A stretch of 64,000 bases of DNA from Amphiura filiformis (lineage: Eukaryota): positions 31,148,769-31,212,768 of the forward strand of contig NC_092630.1 in assembly GCF_039555335.1 (NCBI RefSeq). Reading direction: 5' to 3'. Below, in pieces: positions 1 through 12,990 of the stretch (positions are counted from its first letter, which is position 1; each line of letters begins with the position of its first letter). Made by a program: the position numbers and the translations under genes. A model generated the notes under the pieces. The model saw nothing but the letters and a program-made list of their open reading frames with translations, made no database searches and was not told where the DNA came from.

Positions 1-483
1 AATATTTATTAGGTAATTCCGACGTCTTATTGTTTAATAACACCAGCGTCCGAGTACGATATTTTGAATACTTCCCCGATCCTGTGCAATTACACGCATG
101 CAGGGAAGCAGTAAAAACTCTCACACCCCTAACACCACATCCTGTCCCTCGTCCCATGCATCACCGTTCCTTCAGACATAGCATTAGGCTACACAGCGGC
201 GATGCTGCAGATACATTTATCATGAAATGGCATCTGCTGCATTTATTTTGCAGAGTTTACACACAAATTTTACCTTTAACGAAACAAAATGCAATTTATG
301 GAGTGTTAAAAGAAAATTAGATTAATATAAATCTATATTGATTGAACAGAAATCAGGCAAACAAAAAAAAAGCTTATTTACCATGCCGATCGGTACCGAT
401 GTGTTTTGACTTTTGTTTACGTTTTTACCTTAATGAAAATATTTATGAGGTATAGTAAAACAAAATACACCCTGTTACATTTC

Positions 484-609
484 GGGGAAGTAGTCAAAAG
501 TACTGGTCCCTCAGTGTTGGATGATTTGACTACTTCCCTCCGCTGACGTGTTGGGAAGTAGTCAAATCATCCAGCACCTCCGGACCAGTAGTTTTGACTA
601 CTTCCCCTC
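484..609. mobile_element. Small foldback/MITE-like palindrome (gggaagtagtcaaaagtactggtcc .. ggaccagtagttttgactacttccc).
   Basis: Near-perfect inverted repeat with a nested inner inverted pair. Confidence 0.6.
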
Positions 610-1872
610 AAAAGATGTTGTATTTGTATACCGTCTCATTCCCACCCTAAGGCCTAAAAAAATTGTTTGATTTGCGTAACCATACAGACCCTAAACTTTT
701 TTTCTTATTTTTCTGCAAAAAATGGATAAAAAAATATAAAAAGATTAAAATTTAAAAAATGAAGAAAAATTTGCAATTTTCAGCTTGAAATGTGTGTAAA
801 AAAAAAAAAAAATTGCCGACCGATCTACCCTAATTTTAAAACAATTTTTTTTTAGGCCTAATGCATCTATGCATGGTATGGGCAAATGATTGTGGCATGC
901 AATGGATTGTACAATCAAAAATGCACTCGCAAGATTGCTATCAGTCATTGACAAGTGTTGTACACTATTTCTGCATTATATGGGCACATATTTCTTGATT
1001 TTTATTTTGCAATATCTGAAAGGTACTTTTTTGGTCAATTTATTGAATTAAAAGTCATCTCAGGTGCAATTGTATTTATTATTATTTAAGAATACCACCT
1101 TGCTGCTCTTTTCAGTATTGTACATTACTTTATGTGCTAATTGTTCATGCAATAAAACATTTGGAACATAATGCTGTCATTTCTTTGTGTGATTCACCTT
1201 GGTCTGGGGCGAACATTAAATTAATTTAGAAGAGCAACAATGACACCACTTGCATTACATTCCATATGTTAAATCTACATCATAATGCAAAATTTGAAGA
1301 AAAATGAACGAGTCAGTTTTATTTTAGGTCCATTTGACTATAACTGATCTTTACATGTAGATGTAGCCCTATGGAGAGAGTGCCGTTGAGGGTGCTATAA
1401 CCCCATTTAGGAACAAAATGTGATTTAAAAAAAACTGACCGTGCAAATTTTCTAAAAATTTTAGAGTATGTAGTATGAACATTTAAAAATATAATTAAGT
1501 AGTTGCCCTACCTGTTCTTAAAAAAAAAAAAAAAAAAAAGTCCTATACCTCAATGATAATGAAACCTAGGTGATATGATGTTTGCATTGCTTGAGGTTAA
1601 TTTTCAGTATGGCATGGAGCTTAGTTCAGTTTTAGTTGGTGAATCCGAAATTTCTGGATCCTAAAATTTGTCATACAAAAAATGTGGTACATTGATATTA
1701 TACTTCCAAGTTTTAGAATTGATGGATATTTAGAGTATATTTGAAAACTCACAATTCAATGGAAATTAAGGGTTTTTAATTTCAGTTCATGAGATGAATA
1801 TGATAAAGAAAGTATGAACTGGAAATTGAAGTTTGTTATAGTTTAGATTGTAACACACAGATGCTCCAGTAG

Positions 1873-3990
1873 TTGTGTTTTTGCAGCTCTGTCGATTGGC
1901 AAAATCTTAAATATGTGGTCTACATGTGTAACTCCCATCAAAAACGGTACACCATTTCCATTGATATTTGCTCAAATTCACTGTTCAAAATGTTGGACAG
2001 AATTCAAGTGGTCACTCCAAGATGGCTTCTATCCACAACATATTGGGATCAAACCAGTGGCGGATCCAGGATTTTTGAAAAGGGGGGCACAAACTTAGAA
2101 ATTTCGGCGCGACAGCGGCGTTCGTCACGTTTGCGCGACGCGGGGGGATGTGCCCCCCTCAGAAGTGAGAAACTTTTACAAAATAAAGACCTAATTGAAG
2201 CCATTTGGTGGACCATTTTGTCACTACTATTGCGTAAAAATTTTAATTTGAAAAAGGTGAAAATTTGTGAAATGATGGTCCAATTGAAGTCATTTGTCGA
2301 CAAGTTTTCACTATTATTGTGTGAATTATTGCTCTTGGTTTGGGTGTCCAAAGCAGAAGCGAAAAGGGTAACTTCCTTATGCATACTCGGGGGGGGCGTC
2401 TGAGGGGCGCTTGCGCGACGCATTTTGCACAAGTGAGAAACTTGTGCAAAATGAAAACCTAATTGAAGCCATTTGGTGGACCATTTTGGCACTATTATTG
2501 TCTGAATTTTAATTTGAAAAAACCGAAAATTTGTGAAATGACGGTCCAATTGAAGTCATTTGTTGACAAGTTTTCACTATTATTGTGTAAATTAACTATT
2601 TTAAACTGTTGCGATTTGGTAGTTCACAGCATCTTGCAGGTAGTGAGATTTGGCCAAAATTGCATTGATCATTTCATAGCAAGCGTGTAGAATTCAAATA
2701 TTACAGATATACTTTTGTAGGTCCTGTGGATCTTGAGTTATGTTGTAAAGAGGGCTGAAACAACAACACTTTTGTAAAACGTATACATAATTCAACAACA
2801 AATCAAGCACGTTTTCAAATTATATAATTTGTAGAATGAACTTTTGCAAAACATCAAAGTGTTATTTTTCAATAATATAGGGGCCTACCGTATTGATTTA
2901 AATAATGAAAATCGAAGCAAGCAGAAGCGAAAAGGGTAACATCTTTATGCATATATGCAGGGGGTGTCTGAGGGGGAATGTGCCCCCCCCTCAGAAGTAA
3001 GAATTGTGTATTTTGTAAAGTTTCAATTATTTTGAAAAAGCCGAATATTTGTGAAATGACTGCCCAATTGAAGTCATTCATCGACACATTTTCACTACTA
3101 ATGTGTAAATTATTGCTTTAAACATAAAGGGTCTGGTGTCCAAAGAAGAAGTGAAAATGGCAACTTCTTTATGCATACGCAGAGGGTGTCTGAGAAGTTA
3201 GAAAATGTGTGAAAATGAAGGCCCAATTGAAGCTACTCGTAGACCATTATTCACTACTATTACCATGATTACTGTAGGCCTAATTATTAGGTTATATTAT
3301 TTCTTAAACATGTTAAAACATAAAGTGTACGGATGTCCAAAACAGAAGCGAAAACGGCTACTAGTTTATTTCCCCTCAGAAGTTTTGCAAAATGAAGGTC
3401 CCATTTAAGTCATTTGGTGCATATTTTTACACTATTATCATTGCTTTAACTCAATTTGCAAAATTTTAAATATTACACTTTATTGGACTTAGGCCTACAA
3501 AAGCATGCACGGATTGATGTTGAAGTCAGCATTGAGTCGTCTTAATAATACAGACGTTAGTCACAAAATGTGACGGGCCCTGCGTATCGGCGGGCCCGCA
3601 GTAATTTCACAGGCTTTTGGGCAGAGGACCCGCCTTCAAGCAATGCCTAAAATAATCACAGATATTAAACATGGATACGTTATACTCAATTACATGCAAA
3701 TGTTGTTTTTCTCTTCTTCTCCATTTCTCTTCTTTTCTTTCTCTCATTTTCGCAGCTTTTCGCCCCTTCTCTTTTCCTCATTTTTTTTTATCTTTTTTTT
3801 GGGCGGGGGCACACGGGCCAGTGTGCCCTTCCACCTGCCCCGCGACTGGTCCAAACAGAAGCCTAAGTGGGCACTTCTTTATCCATATGCAGAGGGAGGG
3901 TGTCTGAGGGAAGATGCACCCCCTCAGTATTTGGAAAAAATTAAAAATAAAGGCTGAATTAAAGCCATTTCATGGACCATGAAAGGGACA
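1873..3990. repeat. Cluster of at least 6 degenerate copies of a ~150-250 bp unit (..aagcagaagcgaaaagggtaacttccttatgcata..ggggtgtctgagg.. / ..gaagccatttggtggaccattttg.cactattattg..). Related copies lie at 13600-14060 in the opposite orientation.
   Basis: Copies at about 2190-2400, 2457-2600, 2900-3110, 3110-3230, 3340-3430 and 3850-3990 were aligned by eye. The ORFs here are spurious. Confidence 0.6.
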
Positions 3991-4209
3991 CGGTCCGGGT
4001 GTGCCCTGCATGGATCCGCGCCACGGCATGGGAGGCCGTTTATCATGATCAAATTGCGATTTATATCTTCCATAAAACATGTAAAAATGAAAAGCCAAAC
4101 AAAGGGTTTTTATTTTTTTTCCCAACAAAATAATATTGAAAAAAAAAAATAAAAAAATTAGGACCCTCGAAAAGGGGGGGCCGGGCCCGGTGTGCCCATG
4201 CCTGGATCC

Positions 4210-4880
4210 GCGCCTGGATCAAACTATACTGTGCCAAGAAAGTATCCTTACACTTGGAAAAATAATCACAATTTCAAAACTGAACCAAATTGGAATAAAT
4301 TTGTTTTTGTAATAGATGCACGATCTAATCCTGCACATTATATGACACCACATTCAATCCAATGTGACCTCAAGAAGTAAAGTTACAAGCAATTGAATAG
4401 ATAAATGTCCAGTTTCAAAAGTGACAAACTGGCCTATACAAGGCGCAAAAAGATTCCAACAAGCGCAACAAAGAGACAACACAGTTTCTTCAATGAAGCT
4501 TTATTCAAAGCATTTTTTAAAAAGTTTTTACTTCTCTGTACTTTTCATAACTTTCATTTCATTTGTTAGTTCTTTTGTTTCAGTTTTCTTTTGTTCCTTT
4601 TGTTTTAAATTAAAGGCACGCATAAATTAGCCATTCAACACTCTCAAACCAGATGTCTAGTCCGTAGAGTTTTGAATAGGTCAGTTTGTCACTTTTAAAA
4701 CTGGACCTTCGTCTAATCAAATGCTTGTAACTTTGCTTCTTGAAGTCAAATTGGATTCAATGGGGTGTCATAATGTGCCGGATTAGATAGTGCATGTAAT
4801 GAAAAAACAAATTTATTCCAATATGGTTCAGTTTTGAAATTGTGATTATTTTTTCAAGTATAAGGATACTTTTTTGGCGG
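4210..4880. mobile_element. Foldback/MITE with ~200-bp inverted arms (4225-4440 and 4680-4880) around a ~240-bp core.
   Basis: atactgtgccaagaaagtatccttacacttggaaaaataatcacaatttcaaaactgaacc.. is the reverse complement of ..ggttcagttttgaaattgtgattattttttcaagtataaggatac. Confidence 0.7.
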
Positions 4881-5689
4881 AGTATATCAGTTTGTGAACA
4901 CACCTGCAACCCAGCTCAATAATTCTGTTATTATATTGCTTAATGTATTTGTCATCCTGATTTAATTTCGACATCTTGCCAGATTTTGTCCTGACCTTAT
5001 TGTTCTTGTATTCTTGTATTGCTGGTATTTTTGTATTTAGCATTTGCTGAATAAAGGTTGATATTATAGCCACTGACTACTACAGACCAATCGCAACCAA
5101 TCAAAGTCCCCGTGTTTTGTATGCTGTAAATTCTCACATATTCATGCGGGGCGATTGTTCCATCGTGCCATGTCTCGCAATCATGCCATCGTTGCGTGCC
5201 TTCACGTATATTACTTTCCGTGTCTTTGCGAAGACCGTAAAAATATGCGGTACGTGCATATCAATTTCGCCTGTCGCATTTAATGGAACAATCTGCCCTC
5301 ATTATCGGGTGATGCTGAGACTTTGACTGGTTGCATCTCCAAGAAAGATCTTAAAAGACTCCAGAAACTGCAAAACAAGTCAGCAACCACGATCTGCTCA
5401 CATTACTCCACTTCTTGATCAACTGCACTGGCTCCCTGTCTCAGAAAGAATTACATTCAAAACTCTTCTCTATGTTTTTAAATCACTTAACGGGCTCTGT
5501 CCTCAGTACATTGATGCGTTCCTAAAAATAAGATAGCGGCCGGACTCTATGCGTACTCGTTCATCATCCTGTATCACATTGGAAATTCCATCATCCAGAA
5601 AACAAGCTGGAGACAGAACTTTTTCCATTGCTGCTGCTCAATCTTGGAATAGGCTTCATGTCACAATCATAAATGAACAATTTTTGGGA

Positions 5690-8600
5690 CGCGGAATTGT
5701 GCAGTACCGCGTGCGGTACTGCACACTTCCGTTCATGCGGAACTGCACATCCCGACCTGCATTCCCACATGCGGGAATGCATGTCGGGATGTGCAAGTAC
5801 CATATCTTGTACTGCAACATTTTGGTGCATTTCCGCTGGGGATGTGCAATATTTTTGGTGTTTTTCCGCATGGGGATGTGCAATATTTTCGGTGTATTTC
5901 AGCGTGGGGAACTGCAATATTTTGGTGCATTTCCGCTGGGGATGTGCAATATTTTTGGTGTTTTTCCGCATGGGGATGTGCAATATTTTTGGTGTATTTC
6001 CGGGATGTGCAATATTTTTGGTGTTTTTCCGCATGGGGATGTGCAATATTTTTGGTGTATTTCCGCCGGGAGGTGCAATATTTTTGGTGCATTTCCGTTA
6101 GGGGAACTGCAACATTTTTGGTGTTTTTCCGCATGGGGATGTGCAATATTTTTGGTGTATTTCCGCCAGGGATGTGCAATATTTTGGTGTTTTTCCGCCA
6201 GGATGTGCAATATTTTGGTGCATTTCCGTTGGGGATGTGCAATATTTTTGGTGCATTTCCGTTAGGGGATGTGCAATATTTTTGGTGCATTTCCGTTAGG
6301 GGAACTGCAACATTTTTGGTGTTTTTCCCGCATGGGGATGTGCAATTTTTTTGGTGTATTTCCGCCAGGGGATGTGCAATATTTTTGGTGTTTTTCCACG
6401 TGGGGACTGCAATATTTTTGGTGCATTTCCGCCAGGGGATGTGCAATATTTTTGGTGTTTTTTCCGCATGGGGATGTGCAATATTTTTGGTGTATTTCGG
6501 CGTGGGGAACTGCAATATTTTTGGTGCATTTCCGCTAGGGGATTTGCAATATTTAAATTATATTAAATTACTATCCTCCGTAAATTGATTGATAATCGAT
6601 CCACTTGAGAAATTCTCCGTTGGAACTTTAATAGAAAGTGGTCACAATGTCAAGTTGAATATATAATAGTCATCATTAAAGAGGCGTGTGAAATTGATTT
6701 TAATAAAATTAATTTTATACAATAAAGTTTGAGAATATTTGCAGTAAGTTATCAAAAATGTTTTTGAATATTCACCTCGTAAAGTATTAAAGCGCGCCGC
6801 GGCGCCGCCATAGCTTAATTCCATGATCTTGATCCTATTTTTATCGATATACATCGATTACTTATCGGATTAAGTATTGGACACAATAGATGAAGTATTT
6901 GATTGACAAGGTTACCCCTGCGTCCCCTAGCCGCTTGTCTATTAATGTGTGCATATTATAATTGATACCATTAGGCCTATATAATTATGAGAGCTTTAAT
7001 GAGGGGTTATAGTTTTTAGTCTGGTATGTCTGCCTATGCATGTTATGTTTCCATTTGTAAATTCATGTTTAAATGTGCTAGTGTGCGATGCATAATTCTT
7101 CTTTGCCCTGTATATTATATAAAGAATAACGATTAAGCATCATTTAATAATTTGAAATGTTTGTAATGTTTCCATGTTCCGGTGTATGATTTGTTTAATA
7201 TAGCTTTTACTATATCATGATATCGCATGTAAAGCTGCACCAAATATATTGCAGTTCCCCATGCGGACATGCGAACAAAAAACAGCTTTTGCCGTAAGCG
7301 TAGATCCAGGGGGATGAGGGGCTAAGGCTAAACCCCCTAATATTTTGCCAGAGTTCCATACAATCCCCCCCCCAATTTTGACGCCTGTACGACCCCTGTT
7401 AGGTTTATCTTAATTTAGCTATTTTAGATCCGAGACGAAAATACCTATTTCGTCTCAGTTTTAGATAGGTTTAGATGTCCTTTTCATGAATAAAATGCAC
7501 ACAATGTCAAGTTTATTACAATGGTCACTAAATAGATTCATCACAATAGCCACTTATCATTAAGCGACGTGCGATAATATTTTTAATATAATAAAATACT
7601 ATAGACTTTAAAGTTTATAACACTTTCTTTTAATTACAGCAAATGAAGCAAAACTCACAATAGGCTAATAGTCAAAGTAAAACGATAGTAATATTAAAGA
7701 AATTTATATAATTTTATGCATGTGATAATATTTTCTATGCCGCAGGGCCTACAAATAAAAAACAAAACAAATAAAACCAAAAACAAACAACAACAACTAC
7801 AACAACAAAAACCTTTTCGCCGCCGCTTTGACACGCTGAACTGTAGGGCATACAACTGCGTCTTGCATTCTCTCCCGGATTCTCTCATGAGGACATGCGA
7901 AAAAACATGTTCACCCCACATGCAGGGCTGCACGAAATTTCCGCACGCGGACATTCGAACAAAAACCATTCATTATGCAGAACTACACCAAAAATGTTGC
8001 AGTACCCCATGCGGAAATACACCAAAAATATTGCAGTTCCCCATGCGGAAAATACACCAAAAATATTGCACATCCCCTAACGGAAATGCACCAAAAATAT
8101 TGCAGTTCCCCATGCGGAAAAACACCAAAAATATTGCACATCCCCATGCGGATAAACACCAAAAATATTGCACATCCCCTAACGGAAATGCACCAAAAAT
8201 ATTGCAGTTCCCCATGCGGAAAAAACCCAAAATATTGCACATACCCTAACGGAAATGCACCAAAATAATGCACCAAAAATATTGCACATCCCCATGCGGA
8301 TAAACACCAAAAATATTGCACATCCCCTAAAGGAAATGCACCAAAAATATTGCAGTTCCCCATGCGGAAAAAAACCCAAAAATATTGCACATCCCCATGC
8401 GGATAAACAACAAAAATATTGTAGATCCCCTAACGGATAAACACCAAAAATATTGCACATCCCCTAACAGAAATGCACCAAAAATATTGCAGTTCCCCAT
8501 GCGGAAAAAAAACCCAAAAATATTGCACATACCCTAACGGAAATGCACCAAAAAATGCACCAAAAATATTGCACATCCCCATTGCACATCCCCTAACGGA

Positions 8601-9010
8601 AATGCACCAAAAATATTGCAGTTCCCCATGCGGAAAAAAACCAAAAATATTGCACATGCCCTAACGGAAATGCACCAAAAATATTGCACATCCCCATGCG
8701 GATAAACAACAAAAATATTGTAGATCCCCTAACGGAAATGCACCAAAAATATTGCACATCCCCATGCGGATAAACACCAAAAATATTGCACATCCCGCAT
8801 GCGGAAATGCACCAAAAATATTGCAGTTCCCATGCGGGACTGCACATCCCGACCGCCATCACCCCCATGCGGTACTGCACATCCCGACCTGCATCACCGC
8901 ATGCGGGGAATGCACGTCGGGATGTGCAGTCCCGCATGCGGAAGTGCGTGACGGAAGGTGCAGTTCCGCATGCGGGACTGTGAGCGGAAGTGTGCAGTAC
9001 CGCACGCGGT
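5690..9010. mobile_element. Large foldback (TU-like) element. The left arm (about 5790-6560) and right arm (about 7900-8870) are inverted tandem arrays of a ~31-bp unit (ggggatgtgcaatatttttggtgtatttccgc..). The outer inverted flanks are GC-richer (5690-5800 and 8810-9010). The central spacer is about 1.3 kb.
   Basis: About 24 tandem units per arm in opposite orientation. The outer flanks gcagtaccgcgtgcggtactgcaca.. and ..tgtgcagtaccgcacgcggtactac are reverse complements. The long ORFs here are repeat artefacts. Confidence 0.8.
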
Positions 9011-9440
9011 ACTACACAGATAGCAGTTGCTTTTAATACCTGCAGAAATGCTCAAAACATAAACAGTTTCAAAACAGCTCTCAAATCTCTTTGTACTTCT
9101 CATGATACAAAGAGTCATGTCACCATTGTTATATTTAATTATTGCTTAATGTTTATATATTTGATCTTTTGTGTTTTGCTTACCAGCACTTTGAAACTTT
9201 ATTGAAAAGGCGCTTTATAAATGTTGTAGTATATGTATGTATGTATATGTTGCGATTGGTCTGTTATCTTTTTTGTCCATGATTACAACATAGATGAAGC
9301 ATACACAATAACAAACCATTATTTCACATAATGTTCTGGAGTTTATTAAAATATAAATCACCTGTTCTGCACATATAAACAATATAATGAATATATTTCA
9401 ATATAATAAACTATTTTTAACAGTTTCATATCTAATGTCA

Positions 9441-9530
9441 AGTAGTAGTCAAGTTAGCTCAATCGATAAGGCGTTTGACTATGATGCGAGAGGTTGCGGG
9501 TTTGAACCCCAATCTGCTGCTTCAACATAA
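9441..9530 (+). ncRNA. tRNA-derived SINE head. It is not a canonical tRNA. A second copy is at 31085-31160.
   Basis: gtcaagttagctcaatcgataaggcgtttgactatgatgcgagaggttgcgggtttgaacccc has D-arm and T-arm-like boxes but no proper anticodon stem or acceptor pairing. It is nearly identical to 31085-31150. Confidence 0.55.
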
Positions 9531-10380
9531 TTTACTCATACTATCTTTGCGTCCTTACTAAACCTCTGAATTCATATAGCATCTCATAAATATCTATATA
9601 TACATGGATAGAGTAAAATAATAAGTACACATATTCTGTTCTTTTGACAGAGCTCTATTTATGTTCACAAATTAAATAATAAACAGCACTAACAAGAGCT
9701 ATTTATTGGTAAAATTATTGTCACACACCAAATGGAACATTTTAGTATAAGTTGGTAAAATACTTCACACCTGTATATTGATTATTCAATTCATTTATAT
9801 TCACATCATTTATTTAATTCTAACCTTAACCCAGTGTCTTAGCTTGCCACCCGTCTGACCGTCATTTTAGACGGGGAGTTTGCTCCTGGGACGGGCAAAA
9901 TTAATGCCTTTGACAGATGCTACATTATAATTGTAGGTGTTTAGAAAGTCTTTTTTTTTCTTCCTTTTTAGTAGACCAGGTTTGCAAAACAAGGCTATAA
10001 CAGGACATATTTGAACTCTTTGAACCCCCAATGGGCTGTAGAAGTCTGGTAAATGTTTTAAAGGTCAAATTGGGACAGGCAAATTTATTCAAATGATGGG
10101 CAAATCTTAATTTCTAGCTAAGACCCTGCCTTAATCCCTGCCATAATCTAACCCTAAATTTTATATGTATTCTACCAGTAACCTTTATCCTAACCCTATA
10201 AAATATAATCGTAAGGTAAGATATAAGGATAGTCCCAGGTTAATCCGTATTTCATACTTTCAAATACTATTTGAAAAATGATTGTATAAACATGTCCATT
10301 ACAACTTGAATCCATTTCTTATATACACCTCATATACAAAGAATAATATCAATGGCAAATATTTGTGCAGAGTTATATAA

Positions 10381-10756
10381 TACCCCGTTTACATTGGGCA
10401 AAAGTCGTAATCGACTTAAGCTGTATTTTGAATTACGACAGCAGATTAAATCGTTTGGTGGGTGTTTACACTACATCGGCTGAATTCGATTCCAAATTCG
10501 CATTCACAAATATCGAATTCGTTTGTTACATGTGGTTACAGCAGGTGTTTGTTTACATTAGCGAAAAGTCGTAATTAATGACGACTTATTCGAATTCACA
10601 TAAAATGAATGATGATGCAAGTCATCATTGGAATTACGACTTTTGAATTACGATTAATTACGACTGTACCTGTTTACACGTATGATACGAATTAAGTCGA
10701 TTACGACTTTAGTGAATTCGATTACGACTTTCGCCCAATGTAAATGGGGTATACAG
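10381..10756. mobile_element. MITE with ~35-bp TIRs (ataccccgtttacattgggcaaaagtcgtaatcgac .. gattacgactttcgcccaatgtaaatggggtat). It is flanked by TA dinucleotides, so probably Tc1/mariner-like (Stowaway-type).
   Basis: The TIRs are reverse complements. Internal sub-repeats contain ttacgact. Flanks are ..tatA|ataccc and ggggtat|Acag. Confidence 0.7.
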
Positions 10757-11519
10757 CTCACGGCTTTAATCAAATCTTCAATTTGGACAGTGTATCCCTG
10801 ACTACATTCTTACTCTTTGAAACATTTGAATTACTTTTTTATACAATGTTTTTGAATCACCAGTCAAAACAGGCATCCGCCAATAAAACACCATCCTTCT
10901 AAAAATATGGATACAAAGTGCTTAGTCCAGCTATCACTATTATTACAATTTGAGTGGGCAATCATATAAAATGTCTGTAAATATTGCATAATCACTTCAC
11001 CTATTTTATTACGGTACATAGACAATAATAGTGAAAATAAATAATATTTTTAAATATATTTTTAACTTCTGACGAAACTACTTGGTTCCATATTAAGAGA
11101 ATTTATTATCCATAATATATTAAACTTTAATGATTTTCAAAATATATTTTTTATCCCTGAAAATTAGTACGAATATTCAGAGTTTACAATATATTTAGGA
11201 TAGGTTGGGTTACACCAATTGAACAGTTGGTTTTCTTAGGCCTTTAACACCAGACTTATAATCTTTATAATAATTTAGCCATGATTAAAACTATCATAAT
11301 CAAGTGAAAATATACATTATATAAGGCAAACTTTCCCTACAAGATGTTTAAATATATCTACTAGAAATAGTTTCTCTCATGATCTGAAATTGACACTACC
11401 AGTACCATCACTATCCTTATAACAGGAACTGCAACAACACCCACAGACCTATAGTTACAAACTATACAAATTAATAATTGGAAAACTAGTAACCTCACCT
11501 GAAAAAAACAAATCCACCA

Positions 11520-11825
11520 ATCAGTGGCGTAACTAGGGTTGGTAGCGCCCGGGGCATGAAACAAAATTGGCCCCCCCGAGAATTTTTAATTCTTGGACAA
11601 ATAAGGCCTACCACTAATTAATTTTGGTTACTAGAAGTTGAATATCGGTCTTAAAATGTTCTTTCAATTGATTTTGTGCTGAAATGCGCTTGACGCGTGC
11701 GAAAATTTTGACTTTCATCACTTGGAGGGGCGCAGAATCGATGCTGAATTGGTCAATTTGGCGCCCCCCTAACGGTAGCGCCCAGGGCATGTTGCCCCCC
11801 CTAGTTACCCCACTGCCACCAATTA
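11520..11825. mobile_element. MITE with TIRs cagtggcgtaactagggttggtagcgcccggggcatg .. catgccctgggcgctaccgttagggggg..ctagttaccccactgccacc.
   Basis: Clear inverted termini. Related CAGTGGCG/CAGCAGGGGCG-type termini occur at 37443-37775 and in fragments at 2057 and 14020. Confidence 0.65.
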
Positions 11826-12540
11826 ATTCCACATGCTCTATGATTTGTTAGTGGTCATATTGGTAGTGTTACGTCATGTGAACAACAAAATGCTGCCCAT
11901 GTTAAATATTTCTCTTCCTAAATCTATCTACTATGATTCCAGACAAATACAGCAGAATATTATCCTATTTTGCCACATGAAACCTAGCTTTAGCCTAATC
12001 CTTAAAGACCTATTCTGTGATCCCAGCCAAAGTGTTCAAAAATTATAATTTGGCAAAAAACGAAGAAAACAGCAGTATTGACAAAGTTGAAGTCCCATTC
12101 AAATACATGTAGCTAATTTAGATACTGTCAGTATATAAATTACAGATTCATGTAAATTCCTGATTTTGTCTTAAATACACGGCTTTCAGCTGAACCACTA
12201 GCAGGCTATGTTAACACATTTATGACAATGACAAAGGTACCAAAATCTGAATTTTGATGATTTTTACGATTGTCCGGATGAGCAAATCACTTATTTCAGG
12301 TTATGCATTGTGGAAAAAACATTTTCTATTCCCTTTTATAACAATTATCAAACTTAATATAAAATATTAACATTATGAGCAAACTCTTAGCCCATACTCA
12401 AGATTTTGAATGCTAATAGACTTGTGTCAACAAGGATAATATTTTTTAAATAAAAAAAAACAACTGTTTAATATATCTGGTATCAGGAGCAGACCCTTTC
12501 ATTTTACCTAGTAGCACACCCCAGTCTCCCAGCCGTATTC

Positions 12541-12990
12541 CAGCCTTCTTATGCTAGTACTTGCCAGTGTTGCCAAAACTTTTCAGCGTCAAGGCGCGGC
12601 GCATTTTTAAGCTTCCAAAAAAAGCACCCAATACCGGATATTTGGGCTGATTTATCAGAATTTAGAATGCAAATCACCCAATTGGGCGGAAAAGCACTTG
12701 ACTTTAAAACTTCCGGTACTTACTGGGAAGTTACCGACCGATCAATAAATGGTCACAAAACCCATTGTAATTGCAATTTGGAGCTTTTGAGACTCAAAAC
12801 CTTTATAAATCGGCTAAATTGAAAGGAAAATACATCAAATTACTGCCGCGCCCTGACACAGGCAAAAGTAGCCCAATTTTAGGCAAGTAGCGGCACGCTT
12901 TTTTGAGTAGCGGCAAGTGATCGCCAAGTAGCCCAATTGTGCGCCTAAGGCGCGGCATTGGCATCACTGGTACTTGCATACATTACTTAG
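12541..12990. mobile_element. MITE-like element with TIRs cttatgctagtacttgccagtgttgcc .. ggcatcactggtacttgcatacattacttagcataag.
   Basis: Terminal inverted repeats, plus internal inverted caaggcgcggcg / ctaaggcgcggc motifs. Confidence 0.55.

Noticed and set aside
1873-2549. Overlapping 166-176 aa ORFs on both strands
   Set aside because: They lie inside the degenerate repeat cluster at 1873-3990, show no homology signal, and overlap each other in opposite orientation.
5330-5690. Segment ..ctcacattactccacttcttgatcaactgcactggctccctgtctcagaaagaattacattc.. resembling an interspersed repeat consensus
   Set aside because: It looks like a fragment of a dispersed repeat, but I cannot assign a family or boundaries from sequence alone. 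It may be the outer part of the adjacent foldback element.
5790-6560. Regularly spaced ~31-bp direct repeats that superficially resemble a CRISPR array
   Set aside because: The units are contiguous with no unique spacers. They occur as an inverted pair of arrays and sit in clearly eukaryotic, intron-containing DNA. This is a satellite or foldback arm, not CRISPR.
5549-8937. Long ORFs (up to 265 aa) on both strands across 5549-8937
   Set aside because: They lie entirely within the 31-bp tandem arrays of the foldback arms. The translations are periodic and low-complexity (..CNIFGVFP.. repeats), so they are artefacts of the repeats and not genes.
9441-9530. tRNA-like sequences as functional tRNA genes (also at 31085, 17049, 51103, 55305, 57030)
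   Set aside because: None folds into a complete cloverleaf. The acceptor or anticodon stems do not pair. Two of them are near-identical copies with non-tRNA downstream sequence. They are better explained as tRNA-derived SINEs or pseudogenes.
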